Positions 8,203-17,070 of a stretch of 28,386 nt of DNA are shown piece by piece (the stretch's first letter is position 1; each line of letters opens with the position of its first letter). The stretch is from a virus. Its lineage: Duplodnaviria; Caudoviricetes. Made by a program: the position numbers and the translations under genes. The DNA lies in the IMG/VR virus record IMGVR_UViG_3300037518_000030, positions 1 through 28,386 of that record; one strand, given 5' to 3'. The notes below the pieces were generated by a model. It saw only the letters and a program-made list of their open reading frames with translations. It did not search any database and was not told where the DNA came from.

Positions 8203-8963
8203 CCATTCGTATCTTCGTCGGCTGCGCCCCGAACCACGATGACGCCGAGAGCCAGGCGGTTCTTGAATATACGATCCGCAAGCACGCGTCGCGGCCGGTC
8301 GAAATCACATGGATGAAGCTTTCTCGTGATCCGGTGAGCCCGTTTTACGGCTGGGATACGTCGACATGGGCGACGCCTTTCAGCGGGTTCCGCTACGCCG
8401 TCCCGGCGCTGTGCGGTTACGAGGGTCGCGCAATCTACATGGATAGCGACGTGATTTGCATGGCGGACGTCGCGGAACTGATCGATGCAGACGTCGGACG
8501 GCATCACGTTATGGCGCGGTCATCGTCGCGCCTGTGCGTTTCCCTGTGGAATTGTGCGGAGTTTGCTGCGCCGTGGATTGACGATTTGCGTCGCGGAATG
8601 CGTCCGCCGATCTTGGTCAAGCCGTTCCCCGCCGATCAGAATTGGAACTGCCTTGACGGGGATGATTACGCCGATCTGCGCGACACGCAAATTAAGGCGA
8701 TCCACTACACGTCTATGCCGCATCAACCGCATTTAGTAGCTGCCGGGCATCGACTACATGCGGCGGGTCTTAAGCATTGGTTCGACGGGCAGATTACGCG
8801 ACACTGGCGCGGGGATCTTTACGATCTATTCTTTTCCAGATTGGTTGATGCTGAACTGAACGGTTATACCGTCGAATCCTACTGTCAAGACGAACCATAC
8901 GGACTCGTGCAGAAGGGTAGCAACGCGGGGCTTCGCGGGGAGGTTCCGAAGTGGGGGCGCTGA
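8199..8963 (+). CDS. GT-A fold, GT8-like glycosyltransferase
   Basis: IRIFVG, TPFS.FRYAVP.LCGYEGRAIYMDSD (DxD), WN.LD, IHYT; ATGA overlap with the upstream stop fixes the start at 8199. Confidence 0.85.
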   Translation: MTIRIFVGCAPNHDDAESQAVLEYTIRKHASRPVEITWMKLSRDPVSPFYGWDTSTWATPFSGFRYAVPALCGYEGRAIYMDSDVICMADVAELIDADVGRHHVMARSSSRLCVSLWNCAEFAAPWIDDLRRGMRPPILVKPFPADQNWNCLDGDDYADLRDTQIKAIHYTSMPHQPHLVAAGHRLHAAGLKHWFDGQITRHWRGDLYDLFFSRLVDAELNGYTVESYCQDEPYGLVQKGSNAGLRGEVPKWGR

Positions 8964-9592
8964 CCGTCTTTTGCGTCTGGACTGGCGACAAGTATCCGCG
9001 GACCTATGTCGAGCGGTTACAAAGCATGGTCGCGCGTCATCTGCCAAAAGAGCATCGGTTCGTTTGCCTGACCGATCACGATGACGAAGTGCCGGGCGTT
9101 CATATGGTCGACGTCGCGTCTCTAAAGTTGTCTGGATGGTGGTCGAAGATGGCGTTGTTTGCGCCGATGGTTTCGCGGCGCCTCTACTTCGATCTCGACA
9201 CCGTGATTTGTGACGACCTGACGCCGCTTGCGGAGTGGGGCGGCAAGTTTGGAGTTTGCGAGAACTTCACCAAACTTGCCGGTCATCCCTCGTGGTGCCG
9301 CTACGGATCGTGCGTGATGAGTATGGCGCCGGGTTTCGGCCGTGACGTTTGGGATCGCTTTTGGCGCGACCGTCGATCGATCATGGAAAACTGCCCCCGT
9401 GGCGATCAAGAGGCGATCGAACGCCTCTATCCGCGCGCCTCGCTGCTACAACGGGAGTTGCCGGCCGGTTACTTCCTAGGCTATCGCGACTTGAACGGTG
9501 CGCGTCCGCCCGGGACGGCGGTTGTTGTATTCGCCGGCAGTCACAAGCCTGACAACTGCCCGCACGATTGGATTCGGGAGGAATGGCAGTGA
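8951..9592 (+). CDS. GT-A fold glycosyltransferase (GT8-like)
   Basis: CVW.GDKY...YVERL..MV.RHL...FVCLTD, GWWSK..LF, LYFDLDTVI (DxD), GDQ..I, VVF.G..KP. Confidence 0.85.
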   Translation: MGALTVFCVWTGDKYPRTYVERLQSMVARHLPKEHRFVCLTDHDDEVPGVHMVDVASLKLSGWWSKMALFAPMVSRRLYFDLDTVICDDLTPLAEWGGKFGVCENFTKLAGHPSWCRYGSCVMSMAPGFGRDVWDRFWRDRRSIMENCPRGDQEAIERLYPRASLLQRELPAGYFLGYRDLNGARPPGTAVVVFAGSHKPDNCPHDWIREEWQ

Positions 9593-10122
9593 AAGTCGCC
9601 GTTGTCGGTCACGGCCCGTCACTTGCCGGCCGCGGGCTCGGTCAGGAGATCGACGCGTGTAATCTGGTCGTCCGTCTGCACGATTGTCACTGGCAGTCAC
9701 CGGACGATTACGGTCATCGCTACAGCTACGGCGTGTTGCCGGGACCGTGGCTCTTAAAAGCGATGAAGCAAGTTAAGCGACAGCCTTTTTACGGCTGGAT
9801 GGTGTATCACTTCGGGAAACGACCCGCGAGTGACGCGAGCCCGATCGTCTTCAATCTGCACGAGCCAAACGAGATCGTTCGCAACGGTAGTCGGGCGCCG
9901 TGTGGAAAGGTAAAGCCGAACCTGTCGCGGGGTGCCGCTGCGTTGCTCATGGCGGCGCACCTTGAAGGTGCGACGTCCGTCGTTGCCTACGGTTTCGATG
10001 CGGTCCTAGGCGGTCAACCTTGGACCTATCCACACACCGGCATTATCGGGCAGAGGCATAACGCGCAATCCGAGAACGCCGTCTTGCGCCAGTTTATCGA
10101 GAATTTGGAGGTTCGAGCGTGA
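9589..10122 (+). CDS. GT29 sialyltransferase-like protein
   Basis: VAVVGHGPSLAGRGLGQEIDACNLVVRL resembles sialylmotif L; LSRG.AA.......V.AYGFD resembles motif S; a later H...SE resembles motif VS. GTGA overlap start with GGAGG RBS. Confidence 0.72.
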   Translation: MKVAVVGHGPSLAGRGLGQEIDACNLVVRLHDCHWQSPDDYGHRYSYGVLPGPWLLKAMKQVKRQPFYGWMVYHFGKRPASDASPIVFNLHEPNEIVRNGSRAPCGKVKPNLSRGAAALLMAAHLEGATSVVAYGFDAVLGGQPWTYPHTGIIGQRHNAQSENAVLRQFIENLEVRA

Positions 10123-10937
10123 AGGTCGTTGTCTTTGAACCCGACTATGATGCCAAGCATCGGAAGGTTCTCCGCGCGCTGGCGAAGGGCATCCCTGGCG
10201 CTGTCGTACGGCCTGTCACGCAATACGAAGAGTGCGACGTCGCCGTGATCTTCGGCGGCGTTAAGCGAGCGTTTAACAAAACATGGAGCAAGGCAGAAAT
10301 CCTGGAACGGCATGAAGGCCGGCGGCTGATTATGGTCGAGTCTGCATTCATGCGCCGCGGCGTCTATTATCAGGTCGGGTTCGGTGGTGCCGCCGGTCAC
10401 GCTGAGTTCAATCCGTTGCGGCGGGTGCTGGGAATGGATCGCTTTTTTGAGATTAACGGCGATCACTACGAGTCGTGGCAGAAGCGACCGGAAGGGCCGA
10501 TCGTTGTCATCGGCCAGCTTCCGCGCGACGTGCAAGTTCAACATGTCGACCATATTGGATGGTGCCAACAGACCGTCAAGTTCTATGCGGATCACGGTGA
10601 AGAAGTGTGGTTCCGCCCGCATCCGAAAGTAGGGTCATCCTGTGAATATGGCGTTCCGCAAAAATACATCGATACGCGCCCGCTTAAAGAGGTTCTGGCG
10701 GTTGCGCGCGCTGTCGTGACCTGGAACAGTACGACGGGGGTTGACGCGGCGTTGGCGGGCGTCCCTGTCGTTGCGCTTGATCGCGGGTCTATGGCGTGGT
10801 CGGTCGCCGGGCATAGCCTGCTGCACAACTACCTAACGCCCCGCCGGCAGCAATGGGCGTCGTTGCTGGGATACTCGCAATGGACGCTTGCGGAAATGCG
10901 AAAGGGCCTGCCGTGGCGCCACCTTACGGAAGGGTGA
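10119..10937 (+). CDS. KpsC/KpsS-like (capsule synthesis, Kdo-transferase-like) glycosyltransferase
   Basis: E.AF.R, GQLP.D.Q, FRPHP, VVTWNSTTGVDAALAGVPV, YSQWT..E...G. Confidence 0.75.
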   Translation: MKVVVFEPDYDAKHRKVLRALAKGIPGAVVRPVTQYEECDVAVIFGGVKRAFNKTWSKAEILERHEGRRLIMVESAFMRRGVYYQVGFGGAAGHAEFNPLRRVLGMDRFFEINGDHYESWQKRPEGPIVVIGQLPRDVQVQHVDHIGWCQQTVKFYADHGEEVWFRPHPKVGSSCEYGVPQKYIDTRPLKEVLAVARAVVTWNSTTGVDAALAGVPVVALDRGSMAWSVAGHSLLHNYLTPRRQQWASLLGYSQWTLAEMRKGLPWRHLTEG

Positions 10938-11566
10938 CGCACCGGGCGGATCGGGTGCTGATCGTTTGTACCGGTCCGTCTGTCGAGAACATCGCGTTCC
11001 CGCCGTTACCGGGGGTGACGACAATCGTCGTCAACGGGGCGCTCGAGTGGCACCCGGCGCCGGATATCTTCTTTTCGCTTGATCCGTCGAACTACGTCCG
11101 TCGGCTGGTCCGCCACCGCCCGGCGCGGGTCGCCGCCTACCTGGCCGTTCCGGGGGATTACGGAACGCCCGGCGCCCGGGTCGTGGCGCACCGTGACGCG
11201 CCGGAACGCGGCGTGACCTACCTTCGCCGGTCGACCGGCGGCGGCTATCTGGGGGCGTGCTACAGGCTCTCGGACGACCCTAGAGCGATCCATACCGGGA
11301 ATAGCGCATGGGGCGCCTTGGGGCTCGCCTGGCACATGGGCGCCGCCCGCGTGGCTTTCCTCGGATTGGACGGCACGACAGACCGTTACGCCTATCTGCC
11401 AGGGTGCCCGGTGACGTCCTTCGACCACCTTCCGGGGCTGTTCGAATCGTCCGTTCCGCAGCTAGAGGCGCGCGGCGTTCTGGTCGTTAACGGGTCGCGG
11501 CGATCCTGTGTGACCTGTTTCCCGCGTTTGGAGGCTAGCGAAACGTTCGGATGGTTGCTAGAATAG
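10934..11566 (+). CDS. Second Maf/DUF115-like putative glycosyltransferase
   Basis: IVCTGPSV, IVVN, FFSLD, TGNSAWGALGLAWHMGA.RV.FLGLD, VVNGS..S....FP; GTGA overlap start at 10934. Confidence 0.7.
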   Translation: MTHRADRVLIVCTGPSVENIAFPPLPGVTTIVVNGALEWHPAPDIFFSLDPSNYVRRLVRHRPARVAAYLAVPGDYGTPGARVVAHRDAPERGVTYLRRSTGGGYLGACYRLSDDPRAIHTGNSAWGALGLAWHMGAARVAFLGLDGTTDRYAYLPGCPVTSFDHLPGLFESSVPQLEARGVLVVNGSRRSCVTCFPRLEASETFGWLLE

Positions 11567-11570
11567 CCCC

Positions 11571-11900
11571 ATGCGAGCGGGTGAACTAGACCGATCGATC
11601 GTGATCCAGGCGAGGACGCAGACCGGGCAGGACAGCCACGGGGCGCCGGTCTACACATGGGCGAAGATCCACGCCGCCGACACGATCCCCGCCGCTGTCG
11701 AGCCCGTCAATGGGTCGGAACGGTTCGCTGGTCAGCAGCTTGTCGGGGAGGCCATTACGGTCTTTCGGGTGCGCTACCGGTCAGGGGTCACCGTCTTGAA
11801 CCGGATCGTCTATGACGGGCGGGATTGGGATATCGTCGCGGTACGTGAAGTCGGTCGGCGCGACGGGTTGTTGATCGACGCCAAGGCGAGGGCGGAATAA
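11571..11900 (+). CDS. Head closure / head-tail adaptor (SPP1 gp16-like)
   Basis: MRAGELDR.I.IQ, D..G....W, A.V.P..G.E, FRVRYR..V....RI.YDG..WDI. Confidence 0.92.
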   Translation: MRAGELDRSIVIQARTQTGQDSHGAPVYTWAKIHAADTIPAAVEPVNGSERFAGQQLVGEAITVFRVRYRSGVTVLNRIVYDGRDWDIVAVREVGRRDGLLIDAKARAE

Positions 11901-12424
11901 TGCCTCCCCGTAACGCACAACGCGTCGGCGGCGAAGTGCTGGGCGCGAAGCAACTCGACAACGCGTTGAAACAGCTTCCCAAGGCGACCGCGAAGAACGT
12001 TTTGCGCCGGTCGTTGATGAAATCCGTAAAGCCGACGGAAGAGGCCGCGATTGCTCTGGCGAAGCGCGGCGAGACGGGAAACCTTCAAGAGTCGGTCGAG
12101 GTGTCAACGAAACTGAAAAAGTCGCAACAGGGTGGACGCGTGAAGGCCGGCGCCGTCGAGGTGTTCGTCGGCGCGTCGACCACGGGGGGCAAGAAGGGGC
12201 ACCACGCGCACCTGATAGAGTTCGGATGGTTCCATGCGATCTCCGGTCTGTTCATTCCGCCGCAACCGTTCATGCGGCCCGCGTGGGAGTCAACGAAGAA
12301 CATCGTCTTGGGAACGTTTGCCGATGAAGTCTGGTCGTCTCTCGCCAAAGCGGCGCGCACCTTGGCGCGTAAAGCCGAGAAGGGCACGTTGAGTCGCACG
12401 GCAACGCGCGCGTTGCGCCGATGA
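11900..12424 (+). CDS. HK97 gp10-like neck/tail component
   Basis: G..QL..AL..LP, TGNL.ESV, AHLIEFG, PPQPFMRPAWE. Confidence 0.9.
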   Translation: MPPRNAQRVGGEVLGAKQLDNALKQLPKATAKNVLRRSLMKSVKPTEEAAIALAKRGETGNLQESVEVSTKLKKSQQGGRVKAGAVEVFVGASTTGGKKGHHAHLIEFGWFHAISGLFIPPQPFMRPAWESTKNIVLGTFADEVWSSLAKAARTLARKAEKGTLSRTATRALRR

Positions 12425-12789
12425 TCGTCGCGGTTCGAAACATCCTAGTAGCCGCGTCGGGCGTGTCGTCGCTGGTCAGCACCCGTGTCTATCCCGGTAT
12501 CCTCCCGCAGAACGTGACGTTCCCGGCGATCGTGTTGAACGTCGTCAGCGAGCTTGACCCGATCACGCACGACAAGGCGTCGGGCCTGGTCGACGGGGTT
12601 GTTCAGGTCGATTGTTACGCCGATGACTACGCCGACGCGGAAGCGCTTCACCTTGTCGTCAAGGCGGCTTTGCTCGGCTATAGCGTTGGAAACGTTCAGG
12701 GAATTTTCCTTGTTCGGTCGCGCGATCTGTACGATAATGACGGAAGCGTTTACAGGCGTAGCGCCGATTACAACGTTTGGAGTAAGTGA
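12421..12789 (+). CDS. Tail terminator/completion protein (DUF3168-like)
   Basis: LVSTRVYP..LPQ..TFPAI, VQVDCYA..Y..A..L, YR.S.DY. Confidence 0.88.
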   Translation: MIVAVRNILVAASGVSSLVSTRVYPGILPQNVTFPAIVLNVVSELDPITHDKASGLVDGVVQVDCYADDYADAEALHLVVKAALLGYSVGNVQGIFLVRSRDLYDNDGSVYRRSADYNVWSK

Positions 12790-12793
12790 CGCA

Positions 12794-13237
12794 ATGGCGG
12801 AATCTCAGGGGCTTATCGGCCTAGGCATTCACCTGGCACGCGGCGACGGCGCGTCGCCGGAAGTCTTTACCAACGTCGCCGAACTGGTCGACCTTTCGCC
12901 GCCGTCCATGACGAAGGAACAGGTCGAGGCAACCCACACCGACAGCCCCGACGGATTCCGCGAGTACATCGGCGGTCTGAAAGACGGCGGCGAGTTCTCG
13001 GCGACGATGAACTACGTTCCCGGCAACGCGACGCAGGGTAACGCGTCGGGCGGTCTGCTGAATGACTTCCTCACTCAGTCGACGCCGCGTAACTGGCGCG
13101 TCACCTTCCCGGGGTCGCCGGCTATGATGTGGACCTTCAAGGCGGTCGTGACCGGATATGAAGTCGCCCCGCCGATCGATGACCGCGTGACGCTGACGGC
13201 GACGTTCCGTGTCGCGGGGGCCGTGACCCCGACGTGA
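12794..13237 (+). CDS. Major tail tube protein
   Basis: GDGASPEVF, T..DSPDG.REYI.GLKDGGE, W.F.A.VTGY, T.RV.G; ATG at 12794 just after the upstream stop. Confidence 0.92.
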   Translation: MAESQGLIGLGIHLARGDGASPEVFTNVAELVDLSPPSMTKEQVEATHTDSPDGFREYIGGLKDGGEFSATMNYVPGNATQGNASGGLLNDFLTQSTPRNWRVTFPGSPAMMWTFKAVVTGYEVAPPIDDRVTLTATFRVAGAVTPT

Positions 13238-13605
13238 TGAACAAGCACCGCGGCGAGGCGGAAGTTCCTGGCGTCGGTGCGCTTCGTTACGATTGGGATC
13301 GTATCGCGCGCCTGATCGACACGCTCGGTCCGGACTTCGACGCCAAGATTTCTCAGGCAATGGCGACGACGGATATTGCCACGTTGGCGAAGGTCGTCGC
13401 GATCGGCATTCCCGGCTGCACGCCCGCCGACGTTCGCGAAGTGTCGCCGCCGATCCTTGCGACACACAACGCGATCAGAGACGCGCTCAATCTGGCCTTT
13501 CACGGCAAGCGGGAGGGGGCGCCGGGCGATCCCGACGAAAACCCTCCCCGGCGCCGGTCGATCTGGTCGCGCGTTCTCGCGACGCTGCGGCTAAGGCGGG
13601 ACTAA
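13234..13605 (+). CDS. Tail assembly chaperone (G-like)
   Basis: N.HRGE N-terminus, ENP near the end; lies between tail tube and tape measure. Confidence 0.8.
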   Translation: MMNKHRGEAEVPGVGALRYDWDRIARLIDTLGPDFDAKISQAMATTDIATLAKVVAIGIPGCTPADVREVSPPILATHNAIRDALNLAFHGKREGAPGDPDENPPRRRSIWSRVLATLRLRRD

Positions 13606-13862
13606 AGCCGGCGGAGTTCTGGCGCCTCACCCCTTGGGAGTGTTGGGAGTGGTGCCGCAACGCCGATATCGGTCGTTACAAGCTGGCCCTGTGGCAGTCC
13701 TGGAATACGGCGGTCTTCGGGCGGCAAAAGAAGGTTCCGGATCTAGGGAAGCTCATGCGCCGGATCGATAAGCCCGAAGTCATCCGACAAACGCCCGACG
13801 CGTTACGCGCCAAGGTCAAGGCGCTTCATGCCGTGTTCGGCGGGAGGCTGACCAATGGCTGA
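13539..13862 (+). CDS. Tail chaperone -1 frameshift extension (T-like)
   Basis: In-frame X-XXY-YYZ heptamer A-AAC-CCT (13539-13545); the -1 frame contains GLKPAEFWRLTPWE and ends overlapping the tape measure start. Confidence 0.78.
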   Translation, partial: KPSPAPVDLVARSRDAAAKAGLKPAEFWRLTPWECWEWCRNADIGRYKLALWQSWNTAVFGRQKKVPDLGKLMRRIDKPEVIRQTPDALRAKVKALHAVFGGRLTNG

Positions 13863-15831
13863 ACCGATCGGCGCCCTTCGTGTAGAGCTTTCCGCCAACG
13901 CCGCACAGTTTGAGAAGGACATGGGGCGGGCGCGCATTGCGGCGCGCAATTCGTCCAAGTCCATGACCAAGAGTTTCAAGAGTGTCGGCGCGTCGGTCGC
14001 AAGGACGATCGGCAGCATCTTCTCGCTTCGGAACGCTTTGATCAGTGTCGGCGCGGCGGCGGCGATCGGGTACTTTATTAAACGCCAGCTTGAAGCGGCC
14101 GATGCGATTGCAAAGATGGCCGATAGCGTCGGGATCTCTACCGACGCGCTGCAAGAGTTGCAATTCGCGTTCAAGCAACTTGGTATCGAGGAACAGGCGC
14201 TCGGCGGGGGGTTGCAGGCGTTCAACAAGCGTCTCGGCGAGTTGCGCTTGGGAACGGGTTCACTCGACACGATCCTAAAGAAACTTGGCGACGAAGGTTT
14301 CCGTAAGGCGCTGATCGGTGCCCGTAACACCGAACAAGCCTTTGACATTCTGATCGACCGTCTCGACAAGGCGAAGGACGCTCAAGAGGCCGCGGCGATT
14401 GCCGGCGCCGCGCTCGGTCGGACCTTGGGCGCGAAGTTCGTCAGTGCGGCGCGAACGGGTGTCGAGGGTATCAATCGGCTGCGTCAAAGCGCGCGTGACC
14501 TAGGGCTCGTCATCGAAGAAAGCCTGTTACGTGAAGCCGAGAAGGCAAACGATCAACTAGAGTTGATGGGGAAGGCGTTAAGTACACAGGTCACGCGCGC
14601 CGTGATCGCCTTGGCGCCGGAAATTATCAAGCTCGGTCAGGCGTTCGCCGAAGCCCTGCCGCATATCGTTCGCTTCGTCGGTTCGTTGCTGCCGGATAGC
14701 GTCGCGCCGATTGAGGAATTGCAAACCCGACTGCAGTCGTTGCGCGAAGAGGCGTTGGAACTTCAAATCCAGTTGGCGAAGCGCGCGGACTTCTTAAACG
14801 AAGCGACGGGAGCTAAAGATCGCATTGTTGAAATCGACGCGGAGATTCGCGCACTCGAATCGTTGATCGCAAAACGTCGCGAGGAAAACGACCTTATCAA
14901 CGCCACGCTCGAGTCCGGCGGCGAAGCGAGCGACGAACAAGCGGATAAGATCGAAAAGATTGTAGAGAACCTACAGTTCGAAATCGATCAACTGCACCGC
15001 ACTGAGAACGGGCAGAAGCTTTATACTCTCGCGAAGACGGCGGGTATCGAAGTCAATCAGGCATTCACTGACAAAGTTCTCCCGCTGGTCGCTGCGTTGG
15101 AAGCCGAAAAGAAGGCGCAGGATGACGCTACAGACGCCGCGAAGGCGCGCGAGAAGGCGTTGAGGGAAGCTGATAGCGCGGAGATCGAACGCCAGTTCGC
15201 GGCGCAGAACGTGGCGTTGGAACGTCAAAAGGATTTGCACGACAAGAACCGGGAAGCGGTTGACGCCCTTGGGTTGACCTTTAGTAGTCGGTTCGAAGAG
15301 GCGGCGCTTGCCGGCGCCAAACTTTCCGACGTGCTACAAGGTTTGGCTGACGATATCCTGAAACTGTTTCTGCGCCAACTAATTCTAAAACCGATTTTGG
15401 AAGCCGCTACAGGATTCCTTGGCGACCTGTTTCCCGGCGCCGGGGATATTGGCGCTGTACAGAGTCAAGCAAAAATCGACGTCGGAACACTTCCTTTTTT
15501 CGCTAGCGGTGGCAAGCATCGCGGCGGCTTTCGGGTGGTCGGCGAGAACGGGCCGGAATTGGAAGCAACCGGCCCGTCGCGGATATACAGCGCCGAAGAG
15601 ACTGCGGAGATCATGAGGGGCGGCGGCGGTGGTGGTGACGTCACGGTAAATGTTTACGCCCCGCCGGGATCGAGCGTAGAGACGCGCGAGCGTAATGGTC
15701 CGGGCGGACGTTCGATTGACGTCATCCTTGATGAAGCGATGGCGAAGGCGATTAATTCGCCGGGTAGTCGCACCGCTAAGGCGTTCTCGTCGCGTTTCGG
15801 TGCGCAACCGACGCTGAAAGGTCGCGGATAA
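13855..15831 (+). CDS. Tape measure protein
   Basis: IGALRVELSAN..QF N-terminus, long Ala/Glu-rich helical body, FASGG...VGENGPEL C-terminus. Confidence 0.93.
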   Translation: MAEPIGALRVELSANAAQFEKDMGRARIAARNSSKSMTKSFKSVGASVARTIGSIFSLRNALISVGAAAAIGYFIKRQLEAADAIAKMADSVGISTDALQELQFAFKQLGIEEQALGGGLQAFNKRLGELRLGTGSLDTILKKLGDEGFRKALIGARNTEQAFDILIDRLDKAKDAQEAAAIAGAALGRTLGAKFVSAARTGVEGINRLRQSARDLGLVIEESLLREAEKANDQLELMGKALSTQVTRAVIALAPEIIKLGQAFAEALPHIVRFVGSLLPDSVAPIEELQTRLQSLREEALELQIQLAKRADFLNEATGAKDRIVEIDAEIRALESLIAKRREENDLINATLESGGEASDEQADKIEKIVENLQFEIDQLHRTENGQKLYTLAKTAGIEVNQAFTDKVLPLVAALEAEKKAQDDATDAAKAREKALREADSAEIERQFAAQNVALERQKDLHDKNREAVDALGLTFSSRFEEAALAGAKLSDVLQGLADDILKLFLRQLILKPILEAATGFLGDLFPGAGDIGAVQSQAKIDVGTLPFFASGGKHRGGFRVVGENGPELEATGPSRIYSAEETAEIMRGGGGGGDVTVNVYAPPGSSVETRERNGPGGRSIDVILDEAMAKAINSPGSRTAKAFSSRFGAQPTLKGRG

Positions 15832-16199
15832 TGCCGACCTGGCCCGCGTCCCTTCCGCAGTCGCTTCATATTGGCTTCCGTCAGAAACGGCAGTCGGGAA
15901 AAGTTCGGTCAAACCCGGATCACGGCGCGGCGAAGCAACGCCCGCGCTTCACGGCGATCGTAAAGGAATATGAAGACGCGTCGGTTCACATGACAGGCGC
16001 GCAACTCGCCACCTTTGAAACGTTCTATGAAGATGACTTAGGTATGGGTTCGCTTTCATTCGACTGGAAGAATCCCGTCACCGACGACGCGGCGACACTG
16101 CGCTTTACTGGCGAATATGAGGTGACGCAAATTGACGCGCACCAAACGCCCGCACTTCGCACTTACTTGGTCACGCTTCCTTTGGAGCTAATCCCGTGA
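15831..16199 (+). CDS. Distal tail (Dit/gpM-like) protein
   Basis: TWPASLP, G.AKQR.RFT, Q...FE.FY...L..GS..FDW..P. Confidence 0.8.
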   Translation: MPTWPASLPQSLHIGFRQKRQSGKVRSNPDHGAAKQRPRFTAIVKEYEDASVHMTGAQLATFETFYEDDLGMGSLSFDWKNPVTDDAATLRFTGEYEVTQIDAHQTPALRTYLVTLPLELIP

Positions 16200-16663
16200 C
16201 CGTATCCGAAACCGGACGCCAAAGCGCATTCGCGGCTGATACGGATGACGTGTGGCTAGTTCTGCTGACGATCGATCATCCGGATATTGATCCGCCGGTT
16301 CGCGTCGTGAACAATACTGAGGACATTACCAGTCGCGGTGACGAGTTCATCGGCTTTCCGTTCGATATCACGTTGCCGGATAGCCGCGAAGGTGCGCCGC
16401 CGCTCGCGCGCCTTGCGATCGATAATGCTAGCCGAGAGATCGCACAAGCTATTCGCCTGATTTCAAGTCCGCCGACAATCCTTATAGAGATTATTCGAGC
16501 ATCGGAACCGGACGTTGTTGAAATGTCATTCCCGTTCTTCACGCTTCGCAACGTTCGATGGAACGCCTCTGAAGTGACCGGCGACATTACGTTAGAAGAT
16601 TTTACGTCCGAACCTTACCCGGGCGGTATTTTCTCGCCGGCCAGCTTCCCGGGGATCTTCTAA
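16196..16663 (+). CDS. Minor tail protein (DUF1833/gpL-like)
   Basis: LLTIDHP.....RVVNN..DI...G..F...PF.ITLP, L.IDN, EPYP...F.P..FPG.F. Confidence 0.85.
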   Translation: MTVSETGRQSAFAADTDDVWLVLLTIDHPDIDPPVRVVNNTEDITSRGDEFIGFPFDITLPDSREGAPPLARLAIDNASREIAQAIRLISSPPTILIEIIRASEPDVVEMSFPFFTLRNVRWNASEVTGDITLEDFTSEPYPGGIFSPASFPGIF

Positions 16664-17070
16664 TGATCACGCTGGCCGAATGGATGCGAAAGGCGTCGGG
16701 CGTTCCGTTCTTTGAAGATGGGCGCGACTATGACGCGTGGGATTGCTACGGCCTCGTTTGGTGCGCCTATCGCGACGTTCTGGGAATCTCGCTTCCGCGC
16801 TACGATGGTTGCTATACCGAAAAATGGCGCGATCTTGATCGCCACTTTCGGGACCGCAATAACGATGATTGGTGCCGGTCCCTGAAACCCCGTGATATGG
16901 CGATTGCTTGCATTTATCGCCGCGGCCTTCCGATCCATTGCGGATTGGTGGTTCCGGGTCGTCGGATCATGCACGTTGCAAAAGGGATTCAGACCTGTAT
17001 TCAGCCGATCCGAGCGTTCCGAGTAGAGGGGTATTACTACCCGAAGACTGCGAGATTCCCGAGTGACTAG
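16663..17070 (+). CDS. NlpC/P60 tail tip protein (gpK-like)
   Basis: GVPF...GRD....DCYGLV, HCG, MH. Confidence 0.88.
   Translation: MITLAEWMRKASGVPFFEDGRDYDAWDCYGLVWCAYRDVLGISLPRYDGCYTEKWRDLDRHFRDRNNDDWCRSLKPRDMAIACIYRRGLPIHCGLVVPGRRIMHVAKGIQTCIQPIRAFRVEGYYYPKTARFPSD

Noticed and set aside
1-15831. Gene transfer agent interpretation
   Set aside because: Cos-like region, lambda-type tail tip and a linked replication operon indicate a true phage; no integrase or att site is visible, so prophage versus free phage cannot be decided
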